The notes under the pieces are model-generated. The model was not told the DNA's origin and searched no databases. It saw nothing but the letters and a program-made list of their open reading frames with translations. 24,000 nucleotides of DNA from NCBI RefSeq assembly GCF_031202285.1, contig NZ_CP101637.1, one strand, 5' to 3'. The number at the start of each line of letters is the position of its first letter. Positions within the stretch are counted from its first letter, which is position 1. Below are positions 10,231 to 18,289 of the stretch, one piece after another. The stretch is from Terrisporobacter mayombei. GTDB lineage: Bacteria; Bacillota; Clostridia; Peptostreptococcales; Peptostreptococcaceae. The position numbers were made by a program, and so were the translations under genes.

Positions 10231-11181
10231 CTATATAGATTTATAAGCTCTCACATTTCTAAAGTCTAATATGCTATCTATCATACCTATAAAAGAAATT
10301 CCGGTCATTCCAAGTATACCTACACACATTGCACTAATAAATACTTTTTTATCTATACCATTTTTTAGCCATTTTTTTATGAAATAGATAGATACAGATA
10401 TTCCTTGTATTATAAACATAAAATTAAATACCATTTGCAGATTTAAGAATATTGCATCTGTATATAATGGTGTTTCTATATAAGACAGGCCTAACATTAA
10501 TAGATATAATACAAACGAAATAACTATAGCATTTCCCGGTAAATAAAAATTTCTAAATTTTATTTCTACTAAATCTCCATATTTCATTTTTTTAAGAACA
10601 TATATTTCAACAAAATATACAATTATTGATAAAATCATCCCTCTAAAAAATAATATGGTCGGTATTATATTTCTAAATGTATCTATAATATTTTCTGTAT
10701 TTAACAATTCATTGTTACTTATAGATTGTAACAAACTTTTTTGTGCTTCTATACTTTTATTGAATACTTGAATCATCTCATCCAATATATCAACTCCAAA
10801 AGCATATTTTGATATAATGTAATGTACTACTATAGAAAGTATAAATACTATAGAACCTACAAAAATTGGTTCATATTTATTGCTATCTTGTTTACTTAAA
10901 ACTTTTTTAGCTATAATACCTATAATTGTCCCCGGTACAATACTGTTTATAAATATATCAACTGCATTTATAGGTTTATTTAAAAATATTAAAGCCAAAA
11001 ATGTAATTATTAGTGATATTATATTATTTTTAATATTTGATAATGTTCCGATTAATGCAAAAGGTATCGGTATTAATAATAATAGTAAACTTAATTGAGG
11101 AACATTTAAGCTTATCAATATTAATATTATAGCTAAAATGACTATCGGTAATACCCTTGATAGTCTTAAATATTTATTCAA
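10231..11181 (-). CDS. YybS-like (DUF2232) membrane protein
   Basis: 316-aa, multi-TM hydrophobic protein directly upstream of gdpP, the yybS-yybT-rplI-dnaC order known in Firmicutes. Confidence 0.75.
   Translation of the reverse strand: MNKYLRLSRVLPIVILAIILILISLNVPQLSLLLLLIPIPFALIGTLSNIKNNIISLIITFLALIFLNKPINAVDIFINSIVPGTIIGIIAKKVLSKQDSNKYEPIFVGSIVFILSIVVHYIISKYAFGVDILDEMIQVFNKSIEAQKSLLQSISNNELLNTENIIDTFRNIIPTILFFRGMILSIIVYFVEIYVLKKMKYGDLVEIKFRNFYLPGNAIVISFVLYLLMLGLSYIETPLYTDAIFLNLQMVFNFMFIIQGISVSIYFIKKWLKNGIDKKVFISAMCVGILGMTGISFIGMIDSILDFRNVRAYKSI
10531..10544. promoter_or_regulatory. Candidate Noc-binding site (NBS)
   Basis: ATTTCCCGGTAAAT is a 13/14 match to the B. subtilis NBS ATTTCCCGGGAAAT. 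It lies inside the YybS-like gene. Confidence 0.45.
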
Positions 11182-11187
11182 TTTATA

Positions 11188-11526
11188 TCACTCCCTATTG
11201 TCCATGTATTTTTCCAATTTTGACAAATCTCCAAACCAGGTTTCTATACTGTGTTCTTCCTTTATTCCTTCTTTCGCTTTTTCTTTTATTTTATGATCTA
11301 TTTCATCAAAACTAATGCCTAATCTTTTTCCTAAAAGATATAACAACATAATTATATTAGCTATTGCATTTTGAAGTCCATCGTCAATAGGTTTTACGCC
11401 CTTGAATATTAGATTGAACAGGCTACTTATACTCATTAGTATTTCATTTTTTATCCATTCTATTATTTTCACATTTTTTGTAATATCAGAACCTTTTTCT
11501 ATTCGCACAATCTTCCCCCTCCTCAA
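11188..11526 (-). CDS. MazG-like family protein
   Basis: 112 aa. NAIANIIMLLYLLGKRLGISFDEIDHKIKEKAKEGIKEEHSIETWFGDLSKLEKYM resembles MazG-like proteins found next to rpsR/yybS in Clostridia. Confidence 0.6.
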   Translation of the reverse strand: MRRGKIVRIEKGSDITKNVKIIEWIKNEILMSISSLFNLIFKGVKPIDDGLQNAIANIIMLLYLLGKRLGISFDEIDHKIKEKAKEGIKEEHSIETWFGDLSKLEKYMDNRE

Positions 11527-11568
11527 TATATAAACATTATATCATAATTTGCAAGGTAACATACAATG

Positions 11569-11596
11569 AAAAAAGGAGGGCTTCTACCTTCCTTTT
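11569..11596 (-). terminator. Terminator-like hairpin in the leader of the MazG-like gene
   Basis: Stem AAAAGGAGGG (11571-11580) / CCTTCCTTTT (11587-11596), with one G-U. Minus strand ends CCCTCCTTTTTTTC. Confidence 0.6.
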
Positions 11597-11714
11597 CATA
11601 ATAATATTATTAAATTATTTATATTTATAATTTCCCAAGTAATAATTTAATATTTTATTTCTATCATGTTTCCAAAATATTGAAAGCTATTTTTCTTGTT
11701 TCCTTAAGACTAAT

Positions 11715-11748
11715 AAAAAAGCCCACCATTGATGAATCAATGGAAGGC
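11715..11748 (-). terminator. Terminator of the rpsF-ssb-rpsR operon
   Basis: GCC..CCATTGA / TCAATGG..GGC (11721-11748), with T-run on the minus strand (complement of aaaaaa 11715-11720) just after the rpsR stop. Confidence 0.82.
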
Positions 11749-11755
11749 ATTTTTA

Positions 11756-11983
11756 TTAGTCTAATGTATATGGTAAAAGTGCTATATTTCTAGCTCTCTT
11801 TATTGCTACTGTTAATTCTCTTTGATGTTTAGCACATGTTCCTGATATTCTTCTTGGTAATATTTTACCTCTTTCAGTTACATATTTTTGTAATCTTTGA
11901 GTGTTTTTGTAGTCTATTCTAGCGTCTTTAGAAGCACAGAATTGACAAACTTTTCTTTTCTTACGTCTTTTTTTGTTTATCAT
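11756..11983 (-). CDS. rpsR: 30S ribosomal protein S18
   Basis: [63 protein letters not shown]. Confidence 0.98.
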   Translation of the reverse strand: MINKKRRKKRKVCQFCASKDARIDYKNTQRLQKYVTERGKILPRRISGTCAKHQRELTVAIKRARNIALLPYTLD

Positions 11984-12001
11984 TTAGAGTCCCCTCCTTT
12001 T

Positions 12002-12454
12002 CTAAAATGGTATTTCGTCATCATCTATTGCTTGGAAACCATTTGGATCTAATCCTTGTGGTGCCTCGAAATTTGGTTCGAAAGTCGGTTGCGAACCTTG
12101 ATGACCTTCTCCGTATGGGTTTTCAGATCTATTTTTATTGCTCTCTAAAGCTTGTACTGAATTAGCACTTACTTTAGTAAAAGTTCTATTTTCTCCAGAT
12201 TGTGTTTGATATCTATCAACTCTTAAAGTTCCTTGAACTGCAACTAATCTACCTTTTGAGATATAATTTGCACAAAAGTCAGCTGCTTTTCCCATCACTT
12301 CAACAGGAATAAAGTCTGTTTCTTTAGTTCCATCTTTTTTAGTATAGTTTCTATCTATAGCTATTGTAAAGTTAGCAACAGGTGTTCCACTTCCAGGTAT
12401 ATATCTTAATTCTGGATCCTTAGTTAATCTACCAACTAATACTACATGGTTCAT
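12002..12454 (-). CDS. ssb: Single-stranded DNA-binding protein
   Basis: 150 aa. MNHVVLVGRLTKDPELRYIPGSGTPVANFTIA OB fold and acidic DDDEIPF C-terminal tip. Confidence 0.98.
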   Translation of the reverse strand: MNHVVLVGRLTKDPELRYIPGSGTPVANFTIAIDRNYTKKDGTKETDFIPVEVMGKAADFCANYISKGRLVAVQGTLRVDRYQTQSGENRTFTKVSANSVQALESNKNRSENPYGEGHQGSQPTFEPNFEAPQGLDPNGFQAIDDDEIPF

Positions 12455-12496
12455 AAAAGCACCATCCTATTCATAATAAAACTAGTTAAATGCTAA

Positions 12497-12775
12497 TTAA
12501 GCACAAACTATCATATGTCTTATTACGTTTTCGTTTATTTTTAAGTTTCTGTCTAATTCTTTTGGAAGATCAGCAGAAGCTTTGAAGTTTACTAACACAT
12601 AGAAACCTTCTGTGAACTTAGCTATTGGGTAAGCTAATTTCTTGTTTCCCCAAGTGTCAACTTTTTCAACTTCACCATTAACTGAGATTACTTCTTGTAT
12701 TTTGTTCATTACAGCTTCTCTAACTTCATCTTCAGCGTTTGGTCTTACAACGTAAACTAATTCATAATTTTTCAT
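12497..12775 (-). CDS. rpsF: 30S ribosomal protein S6
   Basis: 92 aa. MKNYELVYVVRPNAEDE..., WGNKKLAYPIAKFTEGFYVLVNF. Confidence 0.98.
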   Translation of the reverse strand: MKNYELVYVVRPNAEDEVREAVMNKIQEVISVNGEVEKVDTWGNKKLAYPIAKFTEGFYVLVNFKASADLPKELDRNLKINENVIRHMIVCA

Positions 12776-12846
12776 TAAATTTCACCTCCCTTTGGACTTA
12801 ACGGCTCCACTTTTGCAGAGCAGAGAAATGAGAATAAATTCTCATA
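12776..12846 (-). promoter_or_regulatory. Possible S6:S18 autoregulatory mRNA leader
   Basis: Minus-strand leader has a perfect 8-bp hairpin ATGAGAAT/ATTCTCAT (12828-12845), then CTCTGC-AAAA-GTGGAG hairpin followed by CCG (CTCTGCAAAAGTGGAGCCGTTAAGTCC), then GGGAGGTG RBS. CCG next to a stem is the hallmark of the rpsF leader family. Confidence 0.45.
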
Positions 12847-12853
12847 CTTATGT

Positions 12854-12882
12854 ATTTTATCACTTATAATAAGCTATGTCAA
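12854..12882 (-). promoter_or_regulatory. Sigma-A promoter of rpsF-ssb-rpsR
   Basis: Minus strand TTGACA (12882-12877), 17-bp spacer, TAAAAT (12859-12854). Confidence 0.8.
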
Positions 12883-13044
12883 ACTATTTATACCTAATTT
12901 TACTTTGTATATTTTATAATAATTTTTATATTATTTGAGAATTTTATTGAATTTATTCAATCTATGTATATTTTTATTACTTCTGATAAATAATAAAAGT
13001 ATATATAGCCCCCATAACTTAAATATATTTCATCCCAATCTCCC

Positions 13045-13072
13045 AAATGGATAGCTTAATAGCTATCCATTT
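13045..13072. repeat. Perfect 12-bp stem hairpin
   Basis: AAATGGATAGCT-TAAT-AGCTATCCATTT in the rpsF/aminotransferase gap. Confidence 0.85.
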
Positions 13073-13079
13073 TAAATTG

Positions 13080-13112
13080 AAAACGGACAAAGAAAACCTT
13101 TGCCCGTTTTTT
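13080..13112. terminator. Terminator of the aminotransferase gene (possibly bidirectional)
   Basis: AAAACGG-a-CAAAG-AAAAC-CTTTG-c-CCGTTTTTT: 12 paired positions with one mismatch. T-run on + side, TTTTC on - side. Confidence 0.75.
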
Positions 13113-13144
13113 AGTATTCACCTATTTTATAAGTTTTATACAAA

Positions 13145-14365
13145 TTATTTGTTAGTAGCTAACTCTTTTTCATCATTCTTAGCTAATTCTTCTCTTAATA
13201 CTTCTCCCATTCTCTTTATACCTTCTACTATTTTTTCTTCAGGCATATTTGAATAGTTAAGTCTACAAGTATTGTATACTCCACCATTTGGATAGAATGA
13301 CTCACCTGGAACGTATGCTACATTTTTCTCTAAGCATTTTTTAGCCATTTCTCCAGCATTAATTCCCTTAGGGAATGTAACCCAAGTGAATAGTCCTCCT
13401 TGTGGGTGTGTAAACTCAACACTATCTGGGAATTCTTCTTTCATAGTTTGTAACATTATATCTCTACGCTTAACATAACATGCTTTTATTTTTTCAACAT
13501 GCTCGTCTAAGTCATAAATATCCATAAATTTACTTACTTCCATTTGACTTATTGTAGATGCTTGTAAGTCAGCTCCTTGCTTACAAATATTAAATTTAGC
13601 TAGTATTTCTGGAGCAGCACAAGTCCATCCTAGTCTATATCCTGGACAGAATATTTTTGAGAAAGTTCCTAGATAAAGTACTAATCCCTTAGTATCTAAT
13701 GATTTTAGAGATGGTAAACTTTCTCCATCAAATCTTAACTCCCCATATGGATTGTCTTCTATTACAGGTATTTCATATTTATTTACTATTTCCATAAATT
13801 TAAGACGTCTTTCTAATGGCCATGTTCTACCTGATGGATTTTGGAAATCTGGTATTACATAAATCATTTTAACTTTGTCATTTGAAGCTAAAACTTTTTC
13901 TAAGTCTTCCATCATCATACCATCATTATCAGTGTCAATTTCAATAAACTCTGGCTCATATGCTTTCATTGCATTTAGTGCACCCATATAAGATGGACTT
14001 TCGCATAAAATTACATCACCTTTGTCTATAAATGTCTTTCCAGAAAAATCAAGACCTTGTTGAGATCCACTAGTTATTAATATATCATCTGGACCTACAT
14101 TAGTTTTTAGTGTGTTGTTCATTCTTGCTGCAATTTTTTGTCTTAATGGAAGATAACCTTCAGTTGATGTATATTGTAATGCTGTTCTTCCTTGCTCTTC
14201 TAATACTGCAACTGATACCTTTTTCATTTCTTCCACTGGAAATAATTCTGGAGCAGGCATTCCACCTGCAAAAGATATTACCTCTGGTCTAGCTGTAAGT
14301 TTTAATAACTCACGTATAGCTGACCCTTCAATTTTGCTCATTCTGTCTGCAAATCTAACTGCCAT
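13145..14365 (-). CDS. PLP-dependent class I/II aminotransferase (2-aminoadipate/MocR-type aminotransferase domain family)
   Basis: 406 aa. ISFAGGMPAPELFPVEEM, LQYTSTEGYLPLR, ITSGSQQGLDFSGK, YVIPDFQNPSGRTW, YLGTFSKIFCPGYRLGW (PLP lysine). Confidence 0.92.
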   Translation of the reverse strand: MAVRFADRMSKIEGSAIRELLKLTARPEVISFAGGMPAPELFPVEEMKKVSVAVLEEQGRTALQYTSTEGYLPLRQKIAARMNNTLKTNVGPDDILITSGSQQGLDFSGKTFIDKGDVILCESPSYMGALNAMKAYEPEFIEIDTDNDGMMMEDLEKVLASNDKVKMIYVIPDFQNPSGRTWPLERRLKFMEIVNKYEIPVIEDNPYGELRFDGESLPSLKSLDTKGLVLYLGTFSKIFCPGYRLGWTCAAPEILAKFNICKQGADLQASTISQMEVSKFMDIYDLDEHVEKIKACYVKRRDIMLQTMKEEFPDSVEFTHPQGGLFTWVTFPKGINAGEMAKKCLEKNVAYVPGESFYPNGGVYNTCRLNYSNMPEEKIVEGIKRMGEVLREELAKNDEKELATNK

Positions 14366-14444
14366 GTTAAAGCACCCCCTATATATTACCTAATGATCTA
14401 TATAAATTTTATTAGGTTACTACAACTGTTTAACTAAAGCCTTC

Positions 14445-14627
14445 CTATTTATTTACAATTTTCTTTACTCTTTTTTCTAGAGTTTGTCTATCTAACATAA
14501 TCAATCTTTTACAGTTAGTACATTTAATCTTTATATCCATTCCTACTCTAACTATTTCAAATTGTTTACATCCACAAGCATGTTGTTTTTTTAATTCTAC
14601 TATGTCACCTAAATTAAGATCCATTGG
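14445..14627 (-). CDS. DUF951 family small zinc-ribbon-like protein
   Basis: NLGDIVELKKQHACGCKQFEIVRVGMDIKIKCTNCKRLIMLDRQTLEKRVKKI. The track start (TTG, 14636) is unlikely; downstream ATGs (MPMDLN / MDLN) with AGGAGG upstream are better. Exact start approximate. Confidence 0.85.
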   Translation of the reverse strand, partial: PMDLNLGDIVELKKQHACGCKQFEIVRVGMDIKIKCTNCKRLIMLDRQTLEKRVKKIVNK

Positions 14628-15081
14628 CATAAACAATCAACCTCCTAACTAATTTAGATTTTGCTTTTGTTGCATTACTTTTTATGATATTTAATAAGTC
14701 CCCAAACACATTAAACACCATTCTTTGTTTTATATTTTCAGTTGAAAATCAATAGATACAACACCACTTTTTATAATAAATATTTTAAGAAGTAGTATTA
14801 ATATGAGCCTTAATAATTACTTTGTCTTAATTATTTTAGTCGATTGAAATGAATTAAGACTGATAATACTATTTATTTTAATAAAATTATTTAACTTTAT
14901 TGCTTCAGTCTTTAAATAAAAAATCTTTTATTTATTCTATATAGATATAATTATAGTGAGAAATTACTTCGATATCATAATTATACCAATTGAGAATACA
15001 AATGTAAATTTGTTATTATCATATTTTAAATAATCACAACAATAAAAAGCTTTTCCATAGCAATATTTAATATATTAAATG

Positions 15082-16374
15082 TTATATAATATCTAGTTCT
15101 TTATACATAATAACGCCTTTTTGGTAATATTCTAATTCTCTTTCTTTTGATATACTAGAATATAACTTACCTAATTCAATATATAAGCTAGCTAGTATTT
15201 TCTTACTTTCTAAGCCTTTTGCAATATCTATACACTTGTTTAAATAATCTATTGATGTTTCTATTTCATCCTTATTCTTATACATATCAGAATAGAATTT
15301 TAATGATTTATACTCATAGTACTTATCTTTATTTTTAATAGATGAAACTAGAGCTAATTTACAATATCTTTGAGCCATATCATATTCGCCTCTTTTTACA
15401 TAAGAATCAATCATATTAAACAAACTTTCCATCATATATTGGTTTTCATCTCTCTTTGTAATATCGTATACTTTTTGAGAGTATTCTAAGTGCTTATCTA
15501 TATCTCCCATTTCTGAATAAATTTTACTCATAGACAGGTATATTTTAGCCAACCTATTTTTATTTTCTTCTTTTTCTATTATTTCTAATGCCTTGTTAAA
15601 GCATTCTTTAGATTCTGAAAATTTACCAATCTTTAGTAAGTTTTTAGCTTTTAATACTAAAATATTGACCTCTTCTTTTATGCAATCTTCATTATCTATT
15701 CTATCTATTTTTTCCATAAACTCTAATGATTTCTGTGGTTGATTCAATTTCATATAACACTCAGAAATTTTACTGTATAACTCCTTGTATATGTCTGCAT
15801 CTTCTATGTTACTTTCGTCTAGAACCTCTTTTGCAAACATAAAATGAGTTAAAGCTCCCTTATAGAATTCATCTATCATATATATATTTCCTATATTAAC
15901 ATAACAATTGTATATATCATCTTTATCTTCATTTTTTATAAAATAATATAGTGCTTTTTCGTAATAATATACTGCACAAGTGTAATCTCCTTTTTTGCAA
16001 TTAATCTCCGCTAATAGGTTATTACATTTACCGTAATTTTCATTCAACTTGTACTCTTTACATATATCTATAATTTCTTTTATTTGCTCTTCTGCTTTTT
16101 CTAGTTCATCACATTTAATATAAATTTCACTTTTTAGTACAAGATTATCTGTTATTTTTTTAGATTGCATCTCTTTTGTTTCTAGCAAATAATCTACACT
16201 TACTCCTAATTTATTCGACAAATATTCCAACAACTCATAACTTGTATGTGATTTGTCTCTTTCAATATGGCTTATTTGAGCCGCTGTGATTCTGTCTCCA
16301 GCCAATTCTTTTAATGTCATATTTTGTTCTTTTCTAAGCTTTTTAATTTTTTCCCCTAAACTTAATATATTCAT
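15082..16374 (-). CDS. rstA: RRNPP-type HTH/TPR regulator, RstA-like
   Basis: 430 aa: XRE-type HTH (LGEKIKKLRKEQNMTLKELAGDRITAAQISHIERDKSHTSYELLEYLSNKLGVSVDYLL) followed by about 8 TPR-like repeats. Location next to spo0J and sequence recalled as C. difficile RstA. Strong GGAGGGGAG RBS. Confidence 0.85.
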   Translation of the reverse strand: MNILSLGEKIKKLRKEQNMTLKELAGDRITAAQISHIERDKSHTSYELLEYLSNKLGVSVDYLLETKEMQSKKITDNLVLKSEIYIKCDELEKAEEQIKEIIDICKEYKLNENYGKCNNLLAEINCKKGDYTCAVYYYEKALYYFIKNEDKDDIYNCYVNIGNIYMIDEFYKGALTHFMFAKEVLDESNIEDADIYKELYSKISECYMKLNQPQKSLEFMEKIDRIDNEDCIKEEVNILVLKAKNLLKIGKFSESKECFNKALEIIEKEENKNRLAKIYLSMSKIYSEMGDIDKHLEYSQKVYDITKRDENQYMMESLFNMIDSYVKRGEYDMAQRYCKLALVSSIKNKDKYYEYKSLKFYSDMYKNKDEIETSIDYLNKCIDIAKGLESKKILASLYIELGKLYSSISKERELEYYQKGVIMYKELDII

Positions 16375-16493
16375 TTATTATTTACTCCCCTCCTTTTTTA
16401 AGTTATTATCATTTTATAATATAATTATAACTTATATTTACATTAAAAACATCATTAAAATATTCCTTTTTCTAATTATATTTTTTGTGTATA

Positions 16494-16528
16494 AATATTT
16501 AATATTATAAAAAAACACATTAAATATT
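16494..16528. promoter_or_regulatory. Inverted repeat spanning a candidate rstA -10 element
   Basis: Perfect 10-bp arms AATATTTAAT (16494-16503) / ATTAAATATT (16519-16528). Minus-strand TATAAT at 16509-16504 lies between the arms. About 130 bp upstream of the rstA ATG. Confidence 0.45.
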
Positions 16529-16538
16529 AAAATTTCAC

Positions 16539-16563
16539 TATAAGTTTTTTCATAAAACTTATA
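16539..16563. repeat. Second inverted repeat upstream of rstA
   Basis: Perfect 10-bp arms TATAAGTTTT (16539-16548) / AAAACTTATA (16554-16563), 5-nt loop TTCAT. Followed by ATTTTTT on the + strand. Confidence 0.7.
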
Positions 16564-16574
16564 ATTTTTTAGCA

Positions 16575-16612
16575 TACAAAAAGAAGGTATAAATTTAATT
16601 AATACCTTCTTT
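16575..16612 (-). terminator. Terminator of spo0J/parB
   Basis: 11-bp stem AAAGAAGGTAT (16580-16590) / ATACCTTCTTT (16602-16612), then TTTTG on the minus strand. Confidence 0.85.
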
Positions 16613-16619
16613 ATATTTA

Positions 16620-17489
16620 TTAATCTTCATCCATCATCATGGACAAGATGTCATTCAAGTCTTCTTCATTATTGTATACTATTTCTATTTTACCTTTTTT
16701 CTTACCCTTTGATATATTTACCTGTGTTCCAAATATGTTAGAAAGTTTTTCTTCCGCATCAACTATATAAATATCTTTTTGTTTCTTTTGGGATTTCTTA
16801 ACCTCTTTGTTAGAAATAATTTTTTTAGCTATTTCTTCTACTACTCTAACAGATAAATCCTCTTTAACTATTCTATTAGCTATTTCTAATTGCTGATTAT
16901 GATTTTCTATTCTGAGCAATGCTTTTCCATGACCTGGTGTTATTTCTCCATTTTCAATCATCTTAATTACTTTTTTTTGTAAATTTAGTAATCTTAAAGT
17001 ATTGGTAATGTGAGGGCGACTTTTTCCAACTGCTTCTGATAACCCTTCTTGAGTGACCCTATAATTGTCAATTAAACTTTTATAGGCTAAAGCTTCTTCT
17101 ATAGCATTTAAATCTTCCCTTTGTAAATTTTCTATAAGTGCAATTTCCATTATATCTTTAACTGGTATATCCTTAATTACTGCTGGTATTTCTTCTTTTC
17201 CTGCCATAATAGATGCTCTGTATCTTCTTTCACCTGCTATAATCATATAATTATTCTCATCTGTAGGCTTTAAAACTATTGGTTGTAGCACCCCCACATT
17301 TTTTATGGAATCAGACAAGGCTTTTATTCTGTCTTCATCAAATTCTTTTCTTGGTTGGTTTTTGTTGGGTCGTATATTGCTTAATTTTACTTGTACAATC
17401 TCTTTTTTATCAACCTCTTCATTTATTTCAGGGATTAAAGCGCTAAGACCTTTTCCTAATCTTTTACTTCTTCTAGGTGTATTATCCAT
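16620..17489 (-). CDS. parB: Chromosome partitioning protein ParB/Spo0J
   Basis: 289 aa. NKNQPRKEFDEDRIKALSDSIKNVGVLQPIV, AGERRYRA, IENLQREDLNAIEEALAY, and ParB-type GKSRPHITNTLRLL helix. Confidence 0.95.
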   Translation of the reverse strand: MDNTPRRSKRLGKGLSALIPEINEEVDKKEIVQVKLSNIRPNKNQPRKEFDEDRIKALSDSIKNVGVLQPIVLKPTDENNYMIIAGERRYRASIMAGKEEIPAVIKDIPVKDIMEIALIENLQREDLNAIEEALAYKSLIDNYRVTQEGLSEAVGKSRPHITNTLRLLNLQKKVIKMIENGEITPGHGKALLRIENHNQQLEIANRIVKEDLSVRVVEEIAKKIISNKEVKKSQKKQKDIYIVDAEEKLSNIFGTQVNISKGKKKGKIEIVYNNEEDLNDILSMMMDED

Positions 17490-17490
17490 A

Positions 17491-18264
17491 CTATATTACA
17501 TCCTCCTCTAATTCGATAAATTCTTCCGCTAACTCTTTATATGCTAATGTTCCCCTACATTTTGAATCATAATAAATCACCGGTTTTCCATAGCTTGGTG
17601 CCTCAGCAAGTCTTACATTTCTAGGAATTAATGTAGTGTATACACTCCCTTTGAAGTATTTTTTTACTTCTTCAACAACTTGAATAGATAAATTTGCTCT
17701 TCCATCAAACATACTAAGAACTACACCCTGTATTTCAATCTTAGGATTCAATCTCTTTTTTACTAATTTATAGGTTGACATCAGTTGACTTACACCTTCT
17801 AATGCATAGTACTCACATTGTATAGGTATTAAAACACTATCAACTGCAGTCAATGAGTTTATAGTAAGCATGCCTAAAGAAGGAGGACAGTCTATAAAAA
17901 TATAGTCATATTCATCTTTGATTTTGTCTATACTATCTTTTAACTTATACTCTCTATCGCTTTCATTTGCCAACTCTATTTCTGCTCCAGCCAACTCACT
18001 AGCTGATGCTACAATATGTATATTATCAAATTCTGTGTAAATAATAGCTTCTCTTATATCTAAACCATCTATTATAACTTCATATATAGTATTTTCTACA
18101 GTATTTTTATCAATTCCATAACCACTAGTGGTATTCCCTTGGGGATCCATGTCTAAAACTAATACTTTTTTCCCTAATTGTCCTAAACTTGCACTTAAGT
18201 TAACATTAGTTGTCGTCTTTCCTACTCCACCTTTTTGGTTAAAAATTGCTACAGATTTTCCCAT
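17491..18264 (-). CDS. soj: Chromosome partitioning ATPase ParA/Soj
   Basis: 257 aa. VAIFNQKGGVGKTTTNVNL deviant Walker A, YIFIDCPPSLGMLT. Confidence 0.97.
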   Translation of the reverse strand: MGKSVAIFNQKGGVGKTTTNVNLSASLGQLGKKVLVLDMDPQGNTTSGYGIDKNTVENTIYEVIIDGLDIREAIIYTEFDNIHIVASASELAGAEIELANESDREYKLKDSIDKIKDEYDYIFIDCPPSLGMLTINSLTAVDSVLIPIQCEYYALEGVSQLMSTYKLVKKRLNPKIEIQGVVLSMFDGRANLSIQVVEEVKKYFKGSVYTTLIPRNVRLAEAPSYGKPVIYYDSKCRGTLAYKELAEEFIELEEDVI

Positions 18265-18289
18265 AAAGATTTCCCCCTTTTTCTTCTTT

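Noticed and set aside
10880-11098. Plus-strand ORF opposite the YybS-like gene
   Set aside because: Antisense to a hydrophobic protein gene and without independent signals.
11525-11606. 25-codon minus-strand ORF MKRKVEALLFFIVCYLANYDIMFIY
   Set aside because: Runs through the terminator-like hairpin and has no RBS; likely accidental.
13047-13256. Plus-strand ORF spanning the hairpin/terminator region and the aminotransferase 3' end
   Set aside because: It runs through two strong hairpins and antisense to a real CDS.
14110-14292. Plus-strand ORF opposite the aminotransferase
   Set aside because: Antisense to conserved coding sequence, no RBS.
14734-14749. CodY-box-like ATTTTCA-GT-TGAAAAT
   Set aside because: Arms resemble the CodY consensus AATTTTCWGAAAATT but the spacing does not fit, so I do not call it a CodY site.
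16286-16510. 74-aa plus-strand ORF at the rstA 5' end, considered as a possible RstA-linked peptide
   Set aside because: It overlaps the conserved HTH coding region, has no Shine-Dalgarno, and its tail is AT-driven I/F/Y/K low complexity. It looks like a composition artefact, though it could be revisited if Ribo-seq shows translation.
17305-17511. 68-aa plus-strand ORF opposite parB
   Set aside because: Antisense to parB's conserved N-terminal coding region.
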